Positions 20,894 through 28,679 of a stretch of 64,000 nucleotides of DNA are shown one piece after another. The first letter of the stretch is position 1. Every line of letters starts with the position of its first letter. The DNA lies in the NCBI GenBank assembly GCA_045537485.1, contig JAZSPQ010000005.1, forward strand, positions 45,810 to 109,809, read 5' to 3'. A program made the translations under genes and the position numbers. The notes below the pieces were generated by a model. The model was not told the DNA's origin, searched no databases, and saw only the letters and a list, made by a program, of their open reading frames with translations. Origin of the DNA: Acutalibacteraceae bacterium (GTDB lineage Bacteria; Bacillota; Clostridia; Oscillospirales; Acutalibacteraceae).

Positions 20894-21919
20894 ATGAAAG
20901 CTGACATTAAATCGTTAAATTTTGCCGAATTAAAAGATGCGATTTTGCTTTTCGGCGAAAAAAGTTTTAAAGCAACTCAGATTTATTCGTGGCTTCATAA
21001 GCGGGGCGCAGACAGCTTCGATGACATGACTGATATTTCGAAGGAGCTCAGAGAAAAGCTGAAAAAAAACTATGATATTTACACTTGCAGTATTGAAAAA
21101 AAGTTAGTTTCAGTGTATGATAATACAGTTAAGTATCTGTTTAAGCTTCATGACGGTGAGCTTATTGAATCTGTTGTAATGAAGTATAAATACGGGTACA
21201 CAATCTGCGTTTCGAGCCAGGTCGGATGCAAAATGGGGTGCAATTTCTGTGCTTCAGGAATTGCCGGATTTATCCGTAACCTTGCGCCTTCCGAAATTCT
21301 TTCACAGATTTATGTTGCCCAAAAAGATCTCAATATCCGCATTTCCCATATTGTTATGATGGGAGTTGGAGAGCCTCTGGATAATTTCGATAATGTTATG
21401 AAGTTTTTATCAATGATCTCCGATGAGAAAGGGCTAAATATCGGTATGCGAAACATCTCCCTTTCAACCTGCGGAGTTGTAACCGGGATTGAAAAACTCA
21501 TGGATAAAAAACTGCAGCTAACACTTTCTATATCTCTGCACGCACCTAATGATGAAATACGCAGCAGAACTATGCCTGTAAATGACAGATGGGGTGTTGA
21601 TGAGCTTTTAAGTGTATGTAAGAAATATACCGACGTTACCTCGCGGCGAATATCTTTTGAATATGCAATGATCAACGGTGTCAACGACAGTAACGAATGT
21701 GCACATGAGCTTGGGAAAAAGCTCAAGGGTATGCTTTGCCATGTGAATCTTATACCCGTTAATTCGGTTAAGGAGCGTACTTATAAAAAAAGCAGCGACA
21801 GCAGAATAAGTGAATTTATCAAAGTTTTGGAAAAATATTCAGTAAATGTTACTGTAAGAAGAACATTGGGCAGTGATATTAACGCCTCATGCGGTCAGCT
21901 CAGAAGGGGCGAGAAATAA
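20894..21919 (+). CDS. rlmN: 23S rRNA/tRNA (adenine2503-C2)-methyltransferase, radical SAM
   Basis: Radical SAM motif CKMGCNFCASG and GVGEPLDN, with C-terminal ASCGQL. Confidence 0.95.
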   Translation: MKADIKSLNFAELKDAILLFGEKSFKATQIYSWLHKRGADSFDDMTDISKELREKLKKNYDIYTCSIEKKLVSVYDNTVKYLFKLHDGELIESVVMKYKYGYTICVSSQVGCKMGCNFCASGIAGFIRNLAPSEILSQIYVAQKDLNIRISHIVMMGVGEPLDNFDNVMKFLSMISDEKGLNIGMRNISLSTCGVVTGIEKLMDKKLQLTLSISLHAPNDEIRSRTMPVNDRWGVDELLSVCKKYTDVTSRRISFEYAMINGVNDSNECAHELGKKLKGMLCHVNLIPVNSVKERTYKKSSDSRISEFIKVLEKYSVNVTVRRTLGSDINASCGQLRRGEK

Positions 21920-21939
21920 ATTTTTATGGAGTTGAAAAA

Positions 21940-22668
21940 ATGAAGATAGTCGGACAGACGGATATAGGTAAATTGCGTCAACAAAATGAAGATGCTTATA
22001 ATTTTGGTTATTTTGATGACGGTGCTGCCTGGGCTCTTGTTTGTGACGGTATGGGTGGAATACACGGCGGAAAAATTGCCGGTACGATGGCTGTTGATGT
22101 TATTTCCGAGAAGGTGAAAAAGTGTTACAGCAAAGCTATGCCGGTTTCGTCTCTTGAAAATTTGTTGCTCTCAGCGATTACCACTGCAAATGTTACTGTT
22201 TTTGACAGAGGCTCGGTTGACAGTGATTTAAGGGGAATGGGCACTACGGTTGTGGCGGCTGTTGCTAAAAACAATGAAGCCTGCATAGCACATGTAGGGG
22301 ACAGCAGAGCCTACAGAATATCCGGTGACACTATTGAGCAAGTAACAAAAGACCACTCCCTTGTGCAGGAAATGCTTGATAAAGGGCAGATAACAAAAGA
22401 AGAATACGAAAACACACCAATAAAAAATATAATCACAAGAGCGTTGGGCATCGGCGAAGAAATAGATATTGATTTCGATTTCGTTTGCATCAACGAAGGT
22501 GAGGCTTTGATTCTTTGTTCAGACGGCTTGAGCGGTCTTGTTGATGAAAGAACGCTTCTTGAAATTTATAATAATACCGAATTTGACCTGTTAGCTGAGA
22601 AATACATAGATATTGCCAATGCACACGGCGGACGGGACAACATAACAGTTGTTGTAATGAAAGGGTAA
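21940..22668 (+). CDS. prpC: PP2C-family Ser/Thr protein phosphatase (Stp/PrpC)
   Basis: Motifs NEDA, CDGMGG and GGRDNITVVV. Start moved to ATG 21940. It precedes the PASTA kinase. Confidence 0.9.
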   Translation: MKIVGQTDIGKLRQQNEDAYNFGYFDDGAAWALVCDGMGGIHGGKIAGTMAVDVISEKVKKCYSKAMPVSSLENLLLSAITTANVTVFDRGSVDSDLRGMGTTVVAAVAKNNEACIAHVGDSRAYRISGDTIEQVTKDHSLVQEMLDKGQITKEEYENTPIKNIITRALGIGEEIDIDFDFVCINEGEALILCSDGLSGLVDERTLLEIYNNTEFDLLAEKYIDIANAHGGRDNITVVVMKG

Positions 22669-22669
22669 G

Positions 22670-24787
22670 GTGATATTGATGGAAAATTACGTTGGAAAAC
22701 GACTTGACGGTCGCTACGAAATTATGGAAATTATCGGTGTTGGCGGAATGGCTGTTGTGTATAAGGCCTTTGACAATATCGATCATAAAATTGTTGCCGT
22801 AAAAATTCTTAAAGATGAATTTCTTGCTAACGAAGAATTCAGAAGAAGATTTAAAAATGAATCCAAGGCCATCGCAGTGCTTTCTCACCAAAACATTGTT
22901 AAGGTTTACGATGTGAGCTACGGTGATGTGCTTCAGTATATCGTAATGGAGTATGTTGACGGTATTACTCTTAAAGAATATATGCTTCAGCAGGGCAAAA
23001 TTGATCCTCGGGAAGCTATATATTTTCTTACCCAGATTCTTCGTGCCCTTCAGCATGCACACGATAAAGGCATCGTTCACCGTGACATCAAGCCTCAAAA
23101 TATAATGCTCCAGGCTGACGGCTCAATTAAGGTTACGGATTTCGGCATTGCACGTTTCAGCCGCAGTGAGACACGCACCATAACTGACGGTGCCATAGGT
23201 TCGGTCCATTATATAAGCCCTGAACAGGCAAAGGGAAGCATAACAGATGCAAAAACAGACTTATATTCTGTTGGCGTCGTACTTTATGAAATGCTCACAG
23301 GAAGATTACCTTTCCAATCGGATAACGCAGTTTCTGTTGCTTTGATGCAGCTTCAGAATGATCCTGAAAGACCTCGCACAATCAATCCTGATATTCCGGT
23401 TGGTCTCGAACAGATTATTATCAGAGCTATGCAAAAAAATCAGAACGACAGATATCAGTCTGCCTCTGAATTTTTACTTGATCTTGATGCCTATAAGAAA
23501 AATCCGAATATAAAATTTGACTACATGTATGACGATGAAGCCGAGCCTCTGCCCACAAAAACAGCCCCCGACTATTCAGGTGACACAGATAAAGCTTCAG
23601 AACCTCTTGAAGACGATGATTATTACGAGGAAATAGAAAATTCAGGCAGTGACAGAGGAAAAAAGGTTACAATTACTATTTTAACCGCTGTATTGGTGGC
23701 ACTGATAATATTTGCAGGTGTGCTTATTTCAATGTTTTCATCTTCTTCAAATAAAATTGAGGTGCCGGATTTCCGAAATATGCATCACCTTGATGCTATG
23801 GAGCAATACGGGGATTTATTTGACTTGAATTTCCAGTTTAACAGCAATCCCGATTATCCTGAAGGGATTATTTATGCTCAGGATGTTGATGCTGAAAGAA
23901 GAGTAATTAAAGGCTCATCAATCACTTTGTTTGTTGCGGGTAATAACGAAATTGAAATTCCTGATGTATCCGAATATGATGTTACTGTTGCTGAGAATAA
24001 GCTTAAGGCTTTAGGCTTTACTGTAGAAATAATTGCTGAATATGATGATACAGTTCCTTTAGGAACTATACTAAGAACTGAGCCTGAAGCAGGCGAAACG
24101 GCACCTATAGGCTCGATAGTAACAATTTTTCACTCAACAAATATTGAATCCTTTACGGTTCCGAGAGTTATCGGTCTGTACTCTGGCGAGGCGATAGAAA
24201 TTCTCGATGATCTGGGCTTAAGAGTTGAAATCCGTGATGAAGACAACAAGAAGCCTAAGGGTATGGTTCTCAGTCAGTCACCGATAGAAGAAGAGGTCTA
24301 CCCCGGTGATATTATCACTCTCTTCGTAAGTACAGGTAAGGATCCTCAGGAAATTGAGATTCCTACCGGACTTGAGGGTAAAATGCTTGCTGATGCCCAA
24401 AAGGCACTTGAAGAACTCGGATTTGAGGTTGTAGTTGAACCTCAAGACAGTGACCTGCCGAAAAACACGGTTATCAGCGTTGTTGATGCAGGCAAGAAGG
24501 TTACACCGTCAAATACAGTTGTTACGGTTATAGTAAGTAGCGGAAACAGCCCGACAACCACTACCGAGCCTACTACTACCGCACCTTCCACAACTTTGAG
24601 AGATACAACTGTGCCTACCACGAAGCCCTCAACTACACAGCCGTCAACAAAGCCCACAGAGCCGTCAACTGAACCCACAACTACTGCACCAAGCACAGAG
24701 GAGCCTCAGACCACTACGCAGCCTCAGGTGTCGACTACCGAGCCGACAACCACCGGAGCTGTAGTTGTTGAGGGTGCTGAGGGATAA
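22670..24787 (+). CDS. prkC: Ser/Thr protein kinase with a TM segment, PASTA repeats and a Thr/Pro-rich tail (PrkC/PknB type)
   Basis: Motifs GVGGMAVVYKA, VAVK, HRDIKPQN, DFGIA and SPEQ. A TM helix lies near residue 340, followed by repeated PASTA-like units. The start is GTG 22670 or ATG 22679. Confidence 0.9.
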   Translation: MILMENYVGKRLDGRYEIMEIIGVGGMAVVYKAFDNIDHKIVAVKILKDEFLANEEFRRRFKNESKAIAVLSHQNIVKVYDVSYGDVLQYIVMEYVDGITLKEYMLQQGKIDPREAIYFLTQILRALQHAHDKGIVHRDIKPQNIMLQADGSIKVTDFGIARFSRSETRTITDGAIGSVHYISPEQAKGSITDAKTDLYSVGVVLYEMLTGRLPFQSDNAVSVALMQLQNDPERPRTINPDIPVGLEQIIIRAMQKNQNDRYQSASEFLLDLDAYKKNPNIKFDYMYDDEAEPLPTKTAPDYSGDTDKASEPLEDDDYYEEIENSGSDRGKKVTITILTAVLVALIIFAGVLISMFSSSSNKIEVPDFRNMHHLDAMEQYGDLFDLNFQFNSNPDYPEGIIYAQDVDAERRVIKGSSITLFVAGNNEIEIPDVSEYDVTVAENKLKALGFTVEIIAEYDDTVPLGTILRTEPEAGETAPIGSIVTIFHSTNIESFTVPRVIGLYSGEAIEILDDLGLRVEIRDEDNKKPKGMVLSQSPIEEEVYPGDIITLFVSTGKDPQEIEIPTGLEGKMLADAQKALEELGFEVVVEPQDSDLPKNTVISVVDAGKKVTPSNTVVTVIVSSGNSPTTTTEPTTTAPSTTLRDTTVPTTKPSTTQPSTKPTEPSTEPTTTAPSTEEPQTTTQPQVSTTEPTTTGAVVVEGAEG

Positions 24788-24789
24788 CA

Positions 24790-25674
24790 ATGGTAGCTTC
24801 GGTTAAAGGACAAATTGTTAAAGGAATAGGCGGACTGTACACCGTCAAAACAGACGACGGGGTTTATATCTGCAAAGCAAAAGGCAAATTCCGTAAAGAG
24901 CGGGTGACTCCGTTGGTCGGTGATGAAGTTTTTATTACTATTAACAGCGTAAATGATAACACCATTGACGAAATCTGCGAGCGAAAGAACAAGCTTGTAA
25001 GACCGCCTGTTTCCAACATAGATAAGCTTATAATTGTTATATCAGTTGCTAAACCGTTCCCCAACACTACCGTTATTGATAAAATGACGGTATTAGCTGA
25101 AAAAAATAATATCAGACCTGTTATTGTTATTACCAAAACTGATTTGATGAGTTGTGACGAGCTTTGCGAAATATACAACAGCACAGGATACAGTGTGTAT
25201 ACCTTTTCAAGCATTGATGACTCAAGCTTTGATGAAATCATGTCTGAGCTCGGAGGTTGCCTAAGTGCCTTTACGGGAAATTCGGGAGTTGGTAAATCTA
25301 CCCTTATTAATAAGCTCAGCGGTAAGCTTCAGCTTGAAACGGGCGAAATCAGCGATAAGCTCGGAAGAGGCAGACACACAACAAGGCAGGCAGAAATTTT
25401 CAGTATAGGTGACGGTCTCGTGATTGATACAGCAGGTTTTTCAAGTATAGATTTTGTTGATGATAACATTTTGCTTTCAGAAGATTTGCAATATTACTTC
25501 AATGAATTCAATGAATATATCGGTCAATGCAAATTTACAGGCTGCTCCCATATGGGCGACAAAGGCTGTAAAATTTGCGAAATGGTTGAAAAGGGCGTTA
25601 TAAGCAAGAGTCGCTATGAAAGCTATAAAATTATGTATAACGAACTTAAAAATATAAAAAAGTGGCAATTATAA
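24790..25674 (+). CDS. rsgA: ribosome small-subunit-dependent GTPase A
   Basis: Circularly permuted GTPase motifs TKTD and GNSGVGKST, plus zinc knuckle CKFTGCSHMGDKGC. Confidence 0.95.
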   Translation: MVASVKGQIVKGIGGLYTVKTDDGVYICKAKGKFRKERVTPLVGDEVFITINSVNDNTIDEICERKNKLVRPPVSNIDKLIIVISVAKPFPNTTVIDKMTVLAEKNNIRPVIVITKTDLMSCDELCEIYNSTGYSVYTFSSIDDSSFDEIMSELGGCLSAFTGNSGVGKSTLINKLSGKLQLETGEISDKLGRGRHTTRQAEIFSIGDGLVIDTAGFSSIDFVDDNILLSEDLQYYFNEFNEYIGQCKFTGCSHMGDKGCKICEMVEKGVISKSRYESYKIMYNELKNIKKWQL

Positions 25675-25760
25675 CCCTCTCTTTATCACGTTTTCCCATC
25701 GGTTCCGTATAATGATATTAGTTCGATACATTCGGGCTAATACGCTGAAGGGATGATGGC

Positions 25761-25913
25761 ATGGCGAATCCAAAATCTTATCCTAAAGGACTCATTTTTA
25801 CCGCATTTGGTGCAGGATTTCTGTTGTCACTGTGCTTCCCGGATAAGTTCATACTCTTTGTAATGGCGCTTATGCTTGTCATTCTCGGTATTATTTCCTG
25901 TCAGAAGAGATGA
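25761..25913 (+). CDS. unannotated 50-aa two-TM microprotein
   Basis: ORF read by hand and absent from the track: MANPKSYPKGLIFTAFGAGFLLSLCFPDKFILFVMALMLVILGIISCQKR. A GAAGGGA SD lies 8 nt upstream. It has two hydrophobic helices and ends 5 nt before the SD of the next micro-ORF. Confidence 0.45.
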   Translation: MANPKSYPKGLIFTAFGAGFLLSLCFPDKFILFVMALMLVILGIISCQKR

Positions 25914-25933
25914 TATTTGGAGGTATGAGACTA

Positions 25934-26017
25934 ATGAAGATTGTTGTTGTCAGAAGTCCGAAGTCTTTGAGAGGAATCTTAAAGATGATTTTTAAAATCA
26001 AAGACACTGAGAGTTAA
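25934..26017 (+). CDS. spoVM: stage V sporulation protein M-like 27-aa peptide
   Basis: ORF read by hand: MKIVVVRSPKSLRGILKMIFKIKDTES. GGAGG lies at 25919-25923. It aligns without gaps to B. subtilis SpoVM as I remember it (M1 K2 P9 K10 L12 G14 I15 conserved). Its position after prkC-rsgA is syntenic, and a terminator follows. An alternative in-frame ATG lies at 25925. Confidence 0.6.
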   Translation: MKIVVVRSPKSLRGILKMIFKIKDTES

Positions 26018-26032
26018 TCCTCATAAAATGTA

Positions 26033-26068
26033 AATGCAGATGGATTTCTCCGTCTGCATTATTATTTA
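26033..26068 (+). terminator. intrinsic terminator after the spoVM-like micro-operon
   Basis: AATGCAGATGGA (26033-26044), loop TTTC, TCCGTCTGCATT (26049-26060), then a T-rich ATTATTTAT. Confidence 0.7.
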
Positions 26069-26083
26069 TAAGGTTGTGTTCAA

Positions 26084-26917
26084 ATGGAAAAACATATTGA
26101 AGTTGAAAGAAGTATAATAAAAAAATACCGCAAAGACATATGGAAAAGATTTATTGCCGGGATCAATGAATATGAAATGTTGAAGCCCGGTGACAAGGTT
26201 GCGGTTTGCATTTCCGGCGGCAAGGATTCTATGCTTTTGGCAAAATGCATACAGCATCTTCAAAAGCACAGCGATTTTCCTTTCGAAGCAAAATATATGG
26301 TGCTCGACCCCGGCTATTCAGCAGAAAACCGTCAAAGAATTATCGATAACGCCAAGCTTCTTGATATTCCGATTGAAATTTGCGAGGCGGATATTTTTGA
26401 TTATGTTGTTAATATAGAACAGTCTCCTTGCTATATGTGCGCCAGAATGAGAAGGGGACACCTATATAAGAATGCAAAGCTGTTAGGATGCAATAAAATT
26501 GCTCTGGGTCACCATTTTGACGATGTCATCGAGACAATACTGCTGAGTATGATTTACGGCGCTGAAATTAAAACAATGATGCCGAAGCTTCACAGTACTA
26601 ACTTTGAAGGTATGGAGCTGATCAGACCGTTGTATATGGTCAGAGAGGCTGACATAATTGCCTGGGCAAGATATAATGGACTTGAATTTTTGCAATGCGC
26701 CTGCAAATTTACTAAAGAAAACGACTTCAGATCAGATGTGGAAATGCAATCAAAGCGTAAAGAAATGAAAGAGTTGATTTCCCGTTTCAGAAAAATCAAC
26801 TCTAATATTGAAATGAATATATTCAGAAGTGTGCATAACGTAAACCTTGAAACTGTAATCGGATACAGAAAAGGTGATATGAAATATAATTTTCTTGATG
26901 ATTATGACATAGGATAA
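26084..26917 (+). CDS. PP-loop ATPase, tRNA 2-thiocytidine biosynthesis TtcA family
   Basis: PP-loop CISGGKDS, Cys motifs CYMCARMRRG and CAC, and GHHFDD. Confidence 0.8.
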   Translation: MEKHIEVERSIIKKYRKDIWKRFIAGINEYEMLKPGDKVAVCISGGKDSMLLAKCIQHLQKHSDFPFEAKYMVLDPGYSAENRQRIIDNAKLLDIPIEICEADIFDYVVNIEQSPCYMCARMRRGHLYKNAKLLGCNKIALGHHFDDVIETILLSMIYGAEIKTMMPKLHSTNFEGMELIRPLYMVREADIIAWARYNGLEFLQCACKFTKENDFRSDVEMQSKRKEMKELISRFRKINSNIEMNIFRSVHNVNLETVIGYRKGDMKYNFLDDYDIG

Positions 26918-26924
26918 GATGAAA

Positions 26925-27521
26925 TCAGCCGTTATCCATAAGGTGGTTTTGGTAAAATAGTGTAATTTCATCGATTCTGTGCTCAAAGAAGGAGTAAATG
27001 TCATCAAGGGTACATTCTCCGTTCTGAGATACATACCACTTTACAACACCTAAAACAGCACCGGAATAAAAGTGGGAAAGGACCTCAAGCTTATGTTCGG
27101 GAACATTACTGAGCACAAACTTAAATTTATCAAAACAGAAAGCCGTAATCATTTCCTCAAGGTGATAATTAAAAACTATTGACTGATTGCTTGAAAATAC
27201 TGCCGAAAAAATGTATTTATATTTATCAATATACTGAAAAACGACCTTAATAAATATCGTGCAGGATTTCTTAATGTTTTCCGGTGAAATCTCCGTGTTA
27301 AGAGGGGAGAGGTCAATATCACTAAGCAAAGATTTGAGACAAAATGTAAGGAACTCGAATTTATCGTTGAAGTGTTTATAAAATGTGGCTCTGTGAACAT
27401 TTGCATGGCCGCAAATTTCAGAAACAGTTATATTATCAAAGGATTTTACTTTTAACAGATCAAGAAAGCCGTTAAACAGCTGTGTATATGTTTTTTTTAT
27501 TCTTAAATCTATCTTATCCAT
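26925..27521 (-). CDS. TetR/AcrR family transcriptional regulator
   Basis: N-terminal helix-turn-helix FDNITVSEICGHANVHRATFYKHF. Confidence 0.85.
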   Translation of the reverse strand: MDKIDLRIKKTYTQLFNGFLDLLKVKSFDNITVSEICGHANVHRATFYKHFNDKFEFLTFCLKSLLSDIDLSPLNTEISPENIKKSCTIFIKVVFQYIDKYKYIFSAVFSSNQSIVFNYHLEEMITAFCFDKFKFVLSNVPEHKLEVLSHFYSGAVLGVVKWYVSQNGECTLDDIYSFFEHRIDEITLFYQNHLMDNG

Positions 27522-27554
27522 TTTTTGATCTCCTTAACGTTTTTTACAGATAAG

Positions 27555-27601
27555 GCTTTCAAGCAGGTTGTGATATTTAACCTGTTTGAAGCTTCTTTTT
27601 T
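27555..27601 (+). terminator. hairpin with a T-run on the plus strand only, lying between two minus-strand genes
   Basis: GCTTTCAAGCAGGTT (27555-27569) pairs with AACCTGTTTGAAGC (27579-27592), with one bulge and one G-U pair, then TTCTTTTTTT. On the minus strand the stem is not followed by a U-run. Confidence 0.45.
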
Positions 27602-28128
27602 TAACGTTCACTGCGTTTTTTTGCTTTAAGACTCTTTCTGACAGTGTTGATAAGATCTAAAGTAAAAATTGCTAAAATAACAATAAGTATATAATAAATG
27701 TACTCACTGCTTATTTTGTAGTATAATCTTTCAACAGCAGGATGAATAAGAAGAACGAATACAACAGATACAACGCCCCAGTGAAGCGAATGTTTTAAAG
27801 AAATTCGACCGTTCAGATTAAAAAATTCATAGGTATAGTCCCACCATCTTGCGTCGAAAAGCTTTTCCATAATCAGGCTGGTCGCAAACTCAACAATATC
27901 GCAAACAATTATACCGAAAAGAAATACCAGAAGAGGAGTCTCTCTGAACGGATATATCAGTACAGCCATAACAATAGCAGCAGTACCGTAAATCGGGCAG
28001 AGCGGACCTGTTAAAAAACCTCGATTAATGATTTTTTTCTCACCGATTGAGCAATAGGTCGACTCAAGACACCAACCGCCAAAGCTGTAAAAAAAGAATA
28101 GAATTGTATATTTTATCACTTCTTGCAT
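27601..28128 (-). CDS. polytopic membrane protein, putative ABC-transporter type IV (CmpB/PF06541-like)
   Basis: About five TM helices and motif GPLCPIYG. The family assignment is from memory. Confidence 0.6.
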   Translation of the reverse strand: MQEVIKYTILFFFYSFGGWCLESTYCSIGEKKIINRGFLTGPLCPIYGTAAIVMAVLIYPFRETPLLVFLFGIIVCDIVEFATSLIMEKLFDARWWDYTYEFFNLNGRISLKHSLHWGVVSVVFVLLIHPAVERLYYKISSEYIYYILIVILAIFTLDLINTVRKSLKAKKRSER

Positions 28129-28670
28129 TGCTTTTTACCCTCAACATCTTTCAAAAATTTTGTTTTATATTTTTTGCTGAAGGAATAGAGAACCTCTCTT
28201 GTTGCACAGTACTTATCTGAAAATGTAACAACCATTCCTTCTTTATATCTCGGCGGTATAACAGTCAGAGGCCACATATGCCTTAATATGATGTCTTTTT
28301 CAAGTTTTGAAATACCCCCGCAGAGTTCATCGGCGTTATAACACGCATACTTAGGATGCTTATAACCGTGATTCTTATGCCAGGCGCCTGTTTCACCGTT
28401 GCGCCAATCGTAATACACAAGATCGTGCATCGTCGCAGCACGTGCAGCAGACTTATAATCCCAACCGAGCTTTTTACATATTTTATAGGAAATATATGCA
28501 ACTCCGGTAATATGCTGTAATCTGTCAATTTCAAAATGCTGTTCATACTGAGCTAAAGATTGAACTTCATCTGAATAATAAATATCCCCGACAGTGTCAA
28601 AAAAACCGTCAGAATTATTTTCATGCAAGCCGGTATATGTTTTTAAGTATTCGTCGTAGAGTTTACCCAT
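28116..28670 (-). CDS. HD-domain phosphohydrolase
   Basis: H...HD signature (RLQHITGV...ATMHDLV). Its 3' end overlaps the next gene by 13 nt. Confidence 0.7.
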   Translation of the reverse strand: MGKLYDEYLKTYTGLHENNSDGFFDTVGDIYYSDEVQSLAQYEQHFEIDRLQHITGVAYISYKICKKLGWDYKSAARAATMHDLVYYDWRNGETGAWHKNHGYKHPKYACYNADELCGGISKLEKDIILRHMWPLTVIPPRYKEGMVVTFSDKYCATREVLYSFSKKYKTKFLKDVEGKKQCKK

Positions 28671-28679
28671 AAACAGCTC

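Noticed and set aside
22490-23098. 202-aa ORF antisense to the prpC/prkC junction. Similar long antisense ORFs lie at 11583-12173, 18118-18570, 30459-30944, 60441-60929 and 8505-8861.
   Set aside because: Each lies wholly inside a gene whose product carries unambiguous family motifs. Their translations are low-complexity or rich in Ser, Phe, Ile and Lys, with no motifs or SD sites. They are typical shadow ORFs.
25700-25735. Sigma-E type sporulation promoter upstream of the micro-operon (GATACATT as the -10).
   Set aside because: Only the -10-like octamer is recognisable. I cannot place a properly spaced -35, and I cannot verify the consensus spacing from memory. It is mentioned inside a finding but not called as a feature.
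25753-25863. Alternative 36-codon ORF (MMAWRIQNLILKDSFLPHLVQDFCCHCASRISSYSL) overlapping the 50-aa microprotein in another frame.
   Set aside because: Its ATG is almost contiguous with the SD-like GAAGGGA. The product has no obvious structure, whereas the other frame gives a clean two-helix membrane hairpin ending just before the next SD. It is not fully excluded.
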